A DNA stretch of 27,236 nucleotides from Chiloscyllium plagiosum (Eukaryota): the NCBI RefSeq assembly GCF_004010195.1, contig NC_057719.1, positions 53,228,523 to 53,255,758 on the forward strand, read 5' to 3'. Shown here in pieces: positions 12,354-23,545 of this stretch; within the stretch, counting starts at the first letter, position 1, and each line of letters begins with the position of its first letter. The notes under the pieces were generated by a model. That model worked only from the letters and a program-made list of their open reading frames with translations, did not search any database and was not told where the DNA came from. Both the position numbers and the translations under genes were made by a program.

Positions 12354-12673
12354 GAGTCATAGAAAAGTACAGCACAAAAACAAACCCTTCAGTCCAACTT
12401 GTCCACGCTGAGCAGATATCCCAACCCAATCTAGTCCCACCTGCCAGCACCCGGTCCATATCCCTCCAAACCCTTCCTATTCATATACCATCAAGCTGCC
12501 TTTTAAATGTTGCAACTGTACTAGCCCCACCACTTCCTCTGGCAGCTCATTCCATACATGTACCACCCTCTGCGTGAAAAAAATTCCCCTTAGGACTCAT
12601 GTATCTTTCCCCTCTCACCCTAAACCTATGCCCTCTAGTTCTGGACTCCCCCACCTGAGGGAAGAGACTTTGT
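12354..12673 (-). mobile_element. HER1/CR1-like LINE 3' end
   Basis: Reverse complement aligns with ~18500-18820, including the ctatgactc tail. Confidence 0.85.
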
Positions 12674-12964
12674 GTGGAACTGTTTCAATTCATTTAAGCA
12701 ATTAGGAAGTTTGGGGAAAACAACGTTGTGGATTTTTTCACTTTGTTTGAAAAAAAAGACAAACAAATGAAGTAAGTCATTGAAAGCTCATTCAACCAAG
12801 CTGACTGTCAAAGCCCATGAATTTTTTAAAGCCTGAAGTGGACTCTGTAGATTAACAAGTGTTCACGTTGGCTACTTCAGTGCTTATGAGTTAGTACCAG
12901 AGAAGAATTTTCAATAACTGCAGAAGCTGGGTGAGTAGACCTACATCAAGCTTAAGAGAGTACA

Positions 12965-13280
12965 GCCTCTATCTTGCGATTTCAATCTCTGTCTCACTCT
13001 ACTCTCAATCTTGCCCTATGTCTCACTCCTCTCCTGATTTTGCTTTCTATCTTGTTACACTCCTAGTCTGGCTCTTTATCCTGCTCCACTCCATGATTCA
13101 TGCTCCTGTTTGCACTTCTCATCCCACTTCACTTCCAAATTCACAAACAATCTTACTCCTCTCCTGATTTTGACTCATTCCTGATCTCGCTCTTTATTGT
13201 GCTCCACTCACTAACTTGCTCTTAAAATTCCAATTCTTTCTGAGTATCAATCTGCTCTGGTCTCAATCTTGAACCAACTC
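12965..13280. repeat. Pyrimidine-rich degenerate tandem repeat
   Basis: actcctctcctgattttg at 13025 and 13155; gctctttat-nn-tgctccactc at 13071 and 13189; ctcaatcttg recurs. Confidence 0.6.
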
Positions 13281-14092
13281 TGTCAACAAAATGAATAATT
13301 CAAATTATTTGAAAAGCCAAATTCTAGTTAACTGTGAAAAATGAATATTAAGTTTAATTGACAACACCCTCAAGGGCAATGTTGTTGCTTTCTAGAGTCA
13401 TTACTTCAAACAGATATATGGTACATTTTGCTCATATTCATCTGTAGTCTGAGGTGTTGAGTAAGATCGTGGTTAGTGACAGATGAATTGAAAAATACAT
13501 CGAGCATAAACCGTTGCTCACAAATTAAGATGTCATGCATGGGTTGTCACTGAAGAGTAGCAGCTGTGGCACATGGGCTTGACCTTTTTATTTTCTAGTA
13601 TGCAGACAACTCTACAAGTAAAAATTATTTCAGTTGGCTTTTGGTGAAATTAACTTTCAAAAAGAGACTACTAACTTTGTGTTTCTTACTTCTGTTTTTG
13701 TGATATACTCCTTTTCTCTCCTGATATTCCCTTGAAGTGAAGAGGAAAATTGCAACAGAGTACATGCTGCAGCAAGAACCTGCACATGGATCTTATTTTA
13801 ATAAAGGAAGGTTGTTGTATTTCAGCTATCGCACTTGGTGCTTTCACAAGCTTGGAGAATGTCCCGCTTTTACTGGCTGCCATGGGACACTCTTTTTGAA
13901 GGTACTTGGAGGTTGGTAACAATCTCTTCAGGTTTTGAATGCTCCTTTATGGCCCCAAAGTCATGGCTCACAAGTCAGGACATTATCTATTGAACTAGAA
14001 GACTTCCTACTCCTAATTCCTCTAAGAACAGAGGTTTATTTTATGCACTTTAAATTGATCCTGAAAAATGACTTAAAAATTATTAATTAAGA

Positions 14093-14440
14093 AAAATCCC
14101 AAGATATTTCCTACATGTGAGAAGCAAGAGGATAGCCAGGGAAAGGGTAAGCCCCCTCAAAGACAAAGGAGGGAATTTATGCTTGAAGCCAGAGAAAATG
14201 GGTGAGGTCCTGAAGAATACTTTGCATTAATATTCACAAAGGAGAAGGACACAGTGGATGGTGAGTCTCAAGAGGGATTTGTTGGTATTTTAGCTCATAT
14301 CAATATAAAACTGGAAATGCTGTTGGATGTTTTGAAAAGCATTAAAGTAGACAAGTCCCTAGGACCTGATGGAATCTATCCCAGAATGCCGATGGTCACA
14401 GTGAGGAAATTGCTGGGGCTTTATACAAAATCTTTGTAGA
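14093..14440 (+). mobile_element. CR1 ORF2 internal fragment
   Basis: LKSIKVDKSLGPDGIYPRM (ORF 14254..14439) is the conserved KSPGPDG motif preceding non-LTR RT domains. Confidence 0.8.
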
Positions 14441-14558
14441 TATTTTCAAAATCTACCTGTTCAAAAGCATGATTACAACATCTCTGGAATAGGTGGGACT
14501 TGAACCCAAGTCTCCTGGCTCATAGATAGGAACATTACCACTATGCCACAATAACCCT
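14441..14558 (-). mobile_element. tRNA-derived SINE head (family distinct from HE1)
   Basis: On minus: A-box TGGCATAGTGG (14548-14538) and B-box GGTTCAAGTCC (14506-14496). No intact cloverleaf. Confidence 0.6.
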
Positions 14559-15419
14559 TAAGATCATAGGGTAGATGGAAGGAGATGACTCAATACTTCA
14601 TTGTTTAATTGTTATCCAGTCTTCAACTGGTGTTGTCTGTCTTGAAATTTCTCACAATCCCACATTCTTTCTTTTTTAAAATTCTTATTCAAATCCTTTA
14701 TCAATAATGGTAATATTACACCTTTCCTCAAGAAAATGTTAATACTTCAGTTGGTTTATTTGTAAATATATTTTGAGGAATTCCCAGCACAGGTTCTCCT
14801 GTTATTTGCTTTGAATCCTATATTTGTCATTAACAGGTATAAGAATCCTAGAGTGAATTCTGGGCATGTAGCTCAATTCATCAATTGCATTTCAGTATTG
14901 GATATATGATTGTATGGATCCAGGCATTGTATTTCTGGCCATTGGAAATTTAATTGATGCAAGTATCATACATCTGCACATATCAGGATTTCCTCGTGAG
15001 TCCAGAGGCACAACAGTACTGAACATCTCCGTGTTTGCTGCTAAGTCGATCTCTAAGCCATTATTCTCCATGGACCTTTGAGAAGGGTCTGACAAGGTAC
15101 AAAACAGGAGACTTACTAGTAAGATGGGAGCCAAAAGAACTCAGGGGAAAAGAACAGTTCAGACACAAAACCTGAGTGACAGAAAGCAAAATCTGTTGGT
15201 ATATGATGCTTCCCAGATGGCTTCTGCTGGCATTTTGCAATAATTACTGATATATGGTGTTGGATAAAGGTTTTTTTAAGTTGGGTTTGTTGCTACTAAT
15301 TCCCCCTTTGTCTTTGATTTGACTTGAGCCTATCTAGTGATGAGTTGTAGATGATGTAGCATGATTGAGTATCTATAGAAGGGATATTGTTCTTAGACAT
15401 CAAGAAGGTTTATTGCATC

Positions 15420-15640
15420 TTAGCAATGTCAGCCACGTACACCTCATAGAATTTGGGTTCCCTGATTGGGGTTGTTAATCTGTCCTAGTCATGGATTCCT
15501 GGTTGACAGATATAAATAGGAGTGTTATGGGTTCAGTGTAGAAGCCAGTTCTGTGCTAGCTGGGCCAATGTCTTGTACTACGCACGTGTAAATAAAAGGA
15601 GACTTGGTGATAGGATACAGGCCTTCGTGGAGTTATTTCA
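15420..15640 (+). mobile_element. Probable solo LTR (short, Gypsy-type)
   Basis: Ordered reverse CCAAT (gattgg ~15464), TATAAATA 15511-15518, AATAAA 15591-15596, terminal ...ttatttCA at 15640. No clear 5' TG or TSD seen. Confidence 0.5.
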
Positions 15641-15954
15641 AGTTCAACTATGTGTTGGACATAGTTGGACCTTAAGGGGGTGCTTCACGTACGTCTGGTC
15701 CCACCAAAAACTGGAATAGAATGCCTTGTATAGACTCTGGATGACATCAATAGGATGGGTGGAGCCATGTAGCATAAACATTAACCCCTTCAGAACAACT
15801 GCTTCCCACAACAGATGGTTGTATTGCAAACTTGCAGTCTTTTTGTTTTAGTATGATAAGTTTTGGGTGCATTCATTTTCCAGTTCTTTATCGACAATAT
15901 ATAATTGAACATATGGAGCAGCTTTATAATGCTTTCCCCATTTAAAAAAAAAAC

Positions 15955-16232
15955 TGTTCATTTACAAGACATATTAATTGCTGGAAAAGCTGTGTATATT
16001 GCCAATTTTAATTACCATGAAGGTAGTTGTGATCAGACTGCTTGAAGTTTTCCACTGTCTGTGGTGAAGAAACTCCTGCAATGTTTTTACACAGTGCTTC
16101 AATAGTTTTGTTCATGGAAGAATATTATGACATGGACTGCAGTAATGCAGGAGGATGGCTCAGCACCACTTGGTCAAGGGCAATAAATATTGGCCTCACC
16201 AATGATGCTCATATTTCATGAACAAATATGTA
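15955..16232. mobile_element. Two old LINE 3'-tail fragments in opposite orientation
   Basis: 16131-16232 (+) resembles 5903-6005. 15955-16115 loosely resembles its reverse complement. Confidence 0.35.
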
Positions 16233-16619
16233 AAGAAAACCGTAACAAAGTGGTTTTACATACGAGACCTGTCTTTGCAGGATTTTCGTGCCTGCATCAG
16301 TGCTTTCTGGCTTTATTCTCATTGTCTTTTGCATTGGTTTGAAATATTTTAGTTCGTTGTTAGGTAATTTCAGAGAACAATTAAAAAGTTAAAACTATGA
16401 CTGTAGGTCTGGAGTCACAAATAGGCCAAAAAAAGTCAGGATAGGAAGTTCTATTCTCAAGTAAATCTAGTGGTGCGGAGATATGAAACTCAGCAAATTA
16501 ATAGATGTTGATTAGGATAGCTATCGAGTTAAGATGAAATTTACAGGGTGGTGAAATGGGCAGAAGGTTGGAAAAGGCCTCATTGTTGAAAATTATGACA
16601 TGATTAACTTTGAAGGCCT

Positions 16620-17102
16620 TACTAGAAACAGAGGAAATATGACCAAGTTTGGGCCAATCTGTCTATTGAAGGTGCTCTCCTATTCAATATGATCATGGCT
16701 GATTATTTAACTCAGTACCCTGTTCCTACTTTCTCCCTTTGAATCATTTAGCCTTAAGAACTATGTCTAATTCCTCTTGAAAACATTGAATGTGTTTGCC
16801 TCAACTGTTTTCTCTGGAAGGGTATTCTACAGATTGGCCACTCTCTAGGGGGAAGGATTTTCTCCTTGTCTCTGTCCTAACTAGCCTACCCAACTCCTTA
16901 GACTGTGACCCCTGGTTCTGGTGCCCCCAGTCACTGGGAATATCCTTCTGAAATCACCCTGTTTAGTCCTATTTGAAATGTATAGATTTGTGTGAGATCC
17001 CTGCCCCCTCACCCCCTATTTTTCTAACCTCTAGTAAATATTGTTCAAACTGATCCAGTCTCACTTGATATATCAGTCCTGCCATCCCAGGAATTAATCT
17101 GT
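16620..17102 (-). mobile_element. CR1-type LINE 3' end
   Basis: gactgtgacccctggttctgg is the reverse complement of the TRGHSL motif. cctgccatcccaggaatta encodes IPGMAG on minus. A 3' UTR with gatcagccatgatc-like motif follows. Confidence 0.75.
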
Positions 17103-17169
17103 AGAAAGACGCAATGCAATAATTGACGTAACTTTAGTTTATGTAGATACATAAATACTTTGGTATCCA

Positions 17170-17575
17170 AACCCTTAAAGATGATATTGCAAGTTAATTA
17201 AGTTTAAGAAGCAGTTAGGTTTGGAAATACCATATTAGAATAGAAAACAAAACATAAAGCCAGGACATTATAAATAGCTGTTTACTCCGCAGGTTAGAGC
17301 TTTTTGGAACAATTCTGGATACCACAATTCAGGAAAGGTTGCAAAGCAATTTGGAAAAGCACAAAGGAGACTTGGACATTGCTAGGGATGAGTGACTTCA
17401 ATTACAAGGGGAAATTGGAAAAGTTCTCCTTGGAACTAAGAACTAGAGGTGACCGAATTCAGGCATTCATGATATAGGGAGTTTTGATATAATAGTGAGA
17501 AAGTAGCCCTCTGGTGTGAGTTGAGCAATGAACCTTTTTTTTTCAATAAAAGCTGAGCCTTTTAAATTGAGACAA
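17170..17575 (+). mobile_element. Old CR1 ORF2 C-terminal fragment
   Basis: caattctggataccacaattcaggaaag (QFWIPQFRK) and ttggaaaagcacaaaggaga resemble 18298-18360. Confidence 0.55.
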
Positions 17576-17579
17576 TAAC

Positions 17580-19270
17580 CTTTTGTTCATCACTCTACTC
17601 AAGATGTCTGTTCTACAGTGCTCTGCAACATCCTTGGCCCTGGCACCAGTTGGCAACAAAATATCCTGGAGTCACGATTAAGGATAGTCAACATGGCTTT
17701 GTGCATGGGAAATCATGTCTCACAAACTTGATTGAGTTTTTTGAAGAAGTAACAAAGAAGATTGATGAGGGCAGAGCAGTAGATGTGATCTATATGGACT
17801 TCAGTAAGGCGTTCGACAAGGTTCCCCATGGGAGACTGATTAGCAAGGTTAGATCTCATGGAATACAGGGAGAACTAGCCAATTGTATGCAGAACTGGCT
17901 CAAAGGTAGAAGACAGAGAGTGGTGGTGGAGGGTTTTTTTTCAGACTGGAGGCCTGTGACCAGTGGAGTGCCACAAGGATCAGTGCTGGGTCCTCTACTT
18001 TTTGTCATTTACATAAATGATTTGGATGCGAGCACAAGAGGTACAGTTAGTAAGTTTGCAGATGACACCAAAATTGGAGGTGTAGTGGACAGCGAAGAGG
18101 GTTACCTCAAATTACAACAGGATCTGGACCAGATGGGCCAATGGGCTGAGAAGTGGCAGATGGAGTTTAATTCAGATAAATGCAAGGTGCTGCATTTTGG
18201 GGAAGCAAATCTTGGCAGGACTTATACATTTAATTGGTAAGGTCCTATGTTGTGGCTATACAGGACATTGGTTAGGCCACTGTTGGAATATTGTGTGCAG
18301 TTTTGGTCTCCTTCCTATCGGAAAGATATTGTGAAACTTGAAAGAGTTCAGAAAAGATTTACAATGATGTTGCAAGGATTGGAGGATTTGAGATATAGGG
18401 AGAGGCTGAACAGGCTGGGGCTGTTTCCCATGGAGTGTTGGAGGCTGACCGATGATCTTATAGAGGCTTACAAAATTATGAGGGCATGGATAGGGTAAGT
18501 AGGCAAAGTCTTTCTCCTGGGGTTGGGGAGTCCAGAACTAGAGGGCATAGGTTTAGGGTGAGAGGGGAAAGATATAAAAGAAACCTAATGGGCAACTTTT
18601 GCACATAGAGGGCGGTACAGGTATGGAATGAGCTGCCAGAGGAAGTGGTGGAGGCTGGTACAATTGCAACATTTAAGAGACATTTGGATGGGTATATGAA
18701 TAGGAAGGGTTTGGAGGGATATGGGCCAGGTGCTGGCAGGTGGGACTAGATTGGGTTGGGATATCTGATCGGCATGGACGGGTTAGACCGAAGGGTCCAT
18801 GCTGTACATTTCTATGACTCTATGCAGAAATATGTATCTGTTCCAGTCACTAACGAATCCCCTTTCACTGCAGCTCTTCCACGTTCTTTCTTCTCTTATG
18901 CACAGCTCAGCTACCAATGGAACCATGGGTCTGACATTTGCTACAATCCTCAGGCAAACCAACCATTGCCCTCATTGATATCCAGAACAGAAAACCAATT
19001 CTTGAGCAGAATCTCACGTGACTGCTGCATCACCTGCCTGTTTCTCTTGGACAGTTTGGTCACTCATTCTCTGTCTGCTTACATGCTACTGACATACTGT
19101 TTGACTACCTTTCTCAACATACTATCCATATCCCTCTCAGGCTCACGGATGGAAAATAGTGATTCCAGCCATCATGAGCCATCTCAGAGCTCAGGTTTCT
19201 GCAAAAGTGTTCATCTCGGTCATGTGAAGTAACCATAATTGCCCACATGCAAAGGATGAGGCTATGCTTT
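17580..19270 (-). mobile_element. Old CR1 ORF1 (SGNH/GDSL esterase-like) remnant split by a younger CR1 insertion
   Basis: Minus-strand GRAAVKGDSLVTGTDTYF (18880-18827) continues after the insertion as DSRIFCC/GARAKDVAE (from 17673). Actual pieces are 17580-17675 and 18825-~19270. Confidence 0.65.
17676..18824 (+). mobile_element. Young 5'-truncated HER1/CR1-like LINE: RT core plus 3' UTR, with internal deletion
   Basis: ORF with SQHGF, KSCLTNL, DFSKAFDKV, GVPQGSVLGPLLF, SKFADDTK, then LYRTLVRPLLEYCVQFWSP. Ends in a tctatgactctatg tail. Non-functional fragment. Confidence 0.95.
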
Positions 19271-20493
19271 TGCTTTAGCTTACTTTGCATTGTTAACTAT
19301 AAACCAAATATTAGCAACTTTATGAATTTACAGTTCTCCTGTGATGTTCACTCCTTTTTTTGTCAAACTCAACCCTCTCATTCAACTTTTTATTCATTGT
19401 CACTTGTAGGCTGACAAAGATGGAAATAAAAGGGAAAAAATACACTTCCCCACCTTCCTCTCCAAACTTGTTTACTGACTAAAGTTAATGATTCCACTCT
19501 GTCCTCACTGCACTCCTTAACAAAAGTTAGTGATTTTAATAAGTTATTTTTTAAAACTTTTACACAGATTGATAAGTCTGCTTATCTCAGAAAGGTAATA
19601 AATTTTCTGAGTGTAACAAGACAGTTTTCTACATTAATATGCCTGAGAACAAACAAGGGGGTAATTAGATTTCTGTAATGAGAAATGAGTCCAATTTAGT
19701 TAATAGCTTAACGGTCTGTGAAAGTTAGCAATCATAATATGATCAAGTTAAATGTAATGTGTGAATGGGACAGCTACTAAAATCATAGGCTTAGGTAAGG
19801 TTGACTTCAATAAGTTGGGTTATAGACTATCCAAAGTAAACTTGACAAATCTGATTATGGGTAAAATGACATAAACGATATGAGACATCTTCAAAAGTGA
19901 ATTTAATGTGATAATATTTACACCCCTAAGGACCGAATATTTTGCTTGCCAAACGTCAGCCATTGACAACTAAGGAGATATGGGATAACATAAAATTAAA
20001 AATAAAAGTGTTTAAATCTTCAAAAGATAGAATAGACCTAGTGAATGGGAAAGATGCAAAGCAAAGTGTGAAAGAAAATACATAATTAACTCATCAGAAA
20101 ATAATCAATATATGCATTCTTGAACAGTTATGTCAGCGAAAAGGCTGGTAGGCCCTGGGAAAACTGAAAAATGGAAATGGGAAAGAGTGGATATAGTGGG
20201 TAATTTCTATTAATCAGTGTTTTATAGTAAAGGAAAAGTCAGCATGTCAGATATCCCATAGGAGTGAATAATGAATCAGGGACAAGGTTGTACTAAATCT
20301 ACAGAAACAATGTAACATTATAGAGGAAAATTATAGGTCAGATTTTCAAAGGCCCTCAAGTCAGGACTGCATGTGAGTTGGAATTAAAAATCTTAGTTCT
20401 GAAGTTAACTTCATGATTTTCTTTATTTTAAAAGCTTTAATTTTTTAATGTGTTCATAGGTGTGGGTGTTGCTAGCTAGGCCATCATCCAATG

Positions 20494-21040
20494 CTAAAAA
20501 TCACACAACACCAGGTTATAGTCCAACAGGTTTATTTGAAAATATAAGCTTTCGGAGCACTGCTCCTTCGTCAGGTAGGTAGCGGGGCAGGATCATAGGA
20601 CACAGAACTCATAGTAAAAGATCAAAGTGTCGTACAATGGGTGCAATATATTGAACAAACCCAGTTTGCTGTGAAGTCTTTAATCATTTAGAATGGGGAA
20701 GCAGCTTTTGATTGATTAATGTGTAAATCCCAGAACTGTTTTCAAGTCACAGTACCAAGATAACTTAAGGTTTTACCGGTATAAAGAAAAGGTGACACCT
20801 CAGGTCAGACAATGCATTAAAGGTGTGAGGTTAGAGTCTGCCTGAATCCCAACCTTGAGACAGACCGGTTCTATTTCTAAAGTAGGAATTTATAAAATGT
20901 CACATTGACTGACTGACTGCCTATAGATTGTGTGCTTTTTCAACAATCTGCAAATGCAAATTCACCCCAGAGATGTATCTGTGTATGTGTGTGGGGTGGG
21001 TGGGGGTGGCAGGTTGAGGGAGAGAGTGTGTGAGGGCATG
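20494..21040 (-). mobile_element. Penelope-like element terminal repeat and adjacent UTR ending in GT/GA-rich simple sequence
   Basis: 20494-20575 aligns with the 4631-4712 arm. Carries the best-preserved hammerhead core in the window. GT/GA tract at ~20980-21035. Confidence 0.7.
20545..20577 (-). ncRNA. Minimal hammerhead-ribozyme-like motif
   Basis: Minus strand CUGACGA-A-GGAGC-AGU-GCUCC-GAAA-GCUUA: core boxes, perfect 5-bp stem II, palindromic AGCU in place of stem III. Stem I weak. Confidence 0.55.
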
Positions 21041-21321
21041 GTAAGGACTTATGGTTAGGGTAAGTCATAGAAGCCAGTTAGCATTGGACAAGAAAATGCT
21101 CTAGAGGTACAGTTGATAGTTAATAATGCGTGTTTGGGTTGATATTGCAAGGAAATTCACTAGGCATCACAGAGAGAAACCCTTCACAAAACTCTTAAAG
21201 AATTGCTGATTTCTGGTGAGATTCAGCTTAATCTGTAATAATAATAGGCTGGTCCTCTTAATTGCCAGATTGCGACATGATGTCATGCAATGGTCAATAC
21301 AGGGGACTCAACAAATTCATC

Positions 21322-21517
21322 TTTTTAGATTACTTACAGTGTGGAAACAGGCCCTTCGGCCCAACAAGTCCACACCGCCCCGCCGAAGCGCAACCCACCC
21401 ATACCCCTACATTTACCCCTTACCTAACACTCCGGGCAATTTAGCGTGGCCAATTCACCTGGCCTGCACATCTTTAGACTGTGGGAGGAAACCGGAGCAC
21501 CCGGAGGAAACCCATGC
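21322..21517 (-). mobile_element. 5'-truncated HE1-like SINE
   Basis: Highly similar to 862-1066 but lacks the tRNA head. Confidence 0.9.
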
Positions 21518-22158
21518 ATCTATTTGCTATGGACATGGATAATTGGGTAGAAAGTTTAATATCCAAATTTGCTGATGAGACAAATATAAATGATAAGTGG
21601 CATAACAAATAACGTAGATAGAAGTAGTAACATTATGAAGAGAAATCAATAGATTAAATAAGTGGCCAAAACTATGGGTAAATGGATATCAATATAGGTA
21701 AACAGGAGGGCATCAATTTTGGATGCAAAGATTAGAACAGAGTACCTTGTAAATTGTAAAAAAGTGAGGAAATATTGAAGTTTCATTTGTTATGTACTTA
21801 GAGGATAAAATATGGACAAGTACAGAAATCAGCAAAAAAAAGCTGATTTTTAAAAATTTTATCTGGAAGAGTAGAATACAAAGGGTTAGAATTTATGCCA
21901 CCATTATACAAAACCCTAGTTACACCTCAGGGGCATTTAGCTGAACGATACTGGGAACCTTGTGTGAAATTATGAATATTACACAATCTGGGGTTACATT
22001 CCCTGGAGTTTAGAAAGCTAAGGGGTAGAGTAGACAGAAAGAAGATAGCTCCTCTGGCTGTGAAATCTAGGATTGGGGTAAAATCTAAAATTAGAACTAA
22101 GCCTGTCTACAGTCAAGTTAGAAAATGTAATTTCATAAAATGGTGTTATAATTTTAGT

Positions 22159-22212
22159 TGAAACTTTATTGCTGGAACAGCACAGCAGGTCAGGCAGCAT
22201 CTCACTTTCTCC
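22159..22212. mobile_element. 54-bp collapsed Penelope-like mini-insertion
   Basis: Perfect 13-bp TSD ttataattttagt at 22146-22158 and 22213-22225. Body resembles arm start 484-515 joined to a cactttctcc tail. Confidence 0.75.
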
Positions 22213-22764
22213 TTATAATTTTAGTACTCTTTTTGCAAACAATAAATAATGGTTGATCATTTATCAATCATAAAGTTGAGACTGTTAGTCTTAATCATTT
22301 AAATTTATTTTGGGATTTGATATTACAGATCAACCAATGATCTCAGTGAACCATGAACCATGAACTATGTTTGAGGGAGCAAATGAACTTTGTTACTATA
22401 TTTCTCAGGAACCTATCTCTGACCAAATTCAGGCAGTAGTAAATTCTGTCTTCTCTTACTGTGCCATACAGGCAGCTGAACATCAGCAAATAATTGCATA
22501 AGTTTGAATTATTCTTAGTGTTTTGATTACACTTGGCTCTTATTGCTGAATGCAAGGATGGTGGATTTAACATCCAACTTATATATAGTAGTTCAAAAGT
22601 TGCTTTCTTTCAGCTGTTAAAGGAATTTATCTTCATTTTACTGGTTGAACATAAATTTCTTCAATGAGCTTCTGGGGTGACTGTGGTCATTGTTCCCTAT
22701 CCACACAAAAAACTCTATTTCCAAGCCATTTCTATGCTCAATGAGTTGTAATTTTTTTTTACCA

Positions 22765-22966
22765 TTCTCAATCCCAAAGGACTATGGATTCTCCATGACT
22801 GGATATATTTAAAGTTGAGATTTCTCGATATTTGGTATCTCAGCCAATCAACCAATAAGTGGTATGAGCAGGAAGTGGAGTTGATACTGAAGATCAGCCA
22901 TAATTGCATTGAACAGAGGAGCATGATCAAGATATTGTGAGGTCTAATTTCATCCTTTGTTTTCAT
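22765..22966 (+). mobile_element. CR1-type LINE 3' end
   Basis: atatttaaagttgagatt...gaagatcagccataattgcattgaa 3' UTR pattern shared with 9995-10150. Confidence 0.6.
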
Positions 22967-22989
22967 ACTCTTCACTGACTGGATCACTT

Positions 22990-23545
22990 TCACTAACAAC
23001 TAACCGACACTAACCTATTTACTGCTTTGGTGTGCTTACAAAGGTCAGAAAATCACCTATTTCTACTTCTGGGATATCACCTAATTCTGCCCCCATTCCA
23101 CTGCTGCTGCTGAAACCATAAACAATACTTTTCCTGTAGACATAATTACTCCAATATGTTCTTCTGTTGCCTCACAGTTACCACCCTCTGTAAATCTATG
23201 ATCATTCAAAACTATTCTACCATTATTCTAGCATGCTCCAAGTCCGTTCACCTACCACCCCTCTAACCAACTGTAGCCCGACAATTCTCCAGGATAGTTG
23301 ATTTCTGTCTTTTGATCTTTCCTGATTTCAATTGCTCCACAACTGACTGGCGTAGCTTTACCTGCCAAAGATCTAAGCATTAGAAATCCCTCACAAAACC
23401 TTTCCAATTTTTTACCTTTCTTTCTTTCCTTCCGAAGACAACCCTTTAAAACTGGCACAGTGTCAAATGTTGCTTGATAATTAACTACTGTTAAGCACAT
23501 TGCAACATTTTACATTAAAAGCACTATATAAATGTAAGTTGTTTT
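22990..23545 (+). mobile_element. L2-like LINE 3' fragment
   Basis: Ends in gcactatataaatgtaagttgtt, a typical L2 3' terminus. Decayed AAET...DYSN-like C-terminal coding sequence at ~23105-23155. Confidence 0.55.

Larger units (their letters stand above)
19590..22370 (+). mobile_element. Very old CR1 ORF2 remnant interrupted by PLE, SINE and mini-PLE insertions
   Basis: NHNMI-like EN motif (~19730), ISKFADET (21559-21582), LYKT-like motif (21904), then 3' region. Boundaries approximate. Confidence 0.6.

Noticed and set aside
14441..14558. tRNA gene
   Set aside because: Has A and B boxes but no convincing acceptor or anticodon stems; better explained as a SINE head.
17650..18498. Reverse transcriptase ORF as a retron, DGR or domesticated gene
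   Set aside because: Ordinary 5'-truncated CR1 copy with frameshift, internal deletion and LINE tail. The listed start codon lies in flanking DNA.
18756..19232. 158-aa ORF
   Set aside because: Spans a CR1 3' UTR and the antisense strand of an old CR1 ORF1 remnant.
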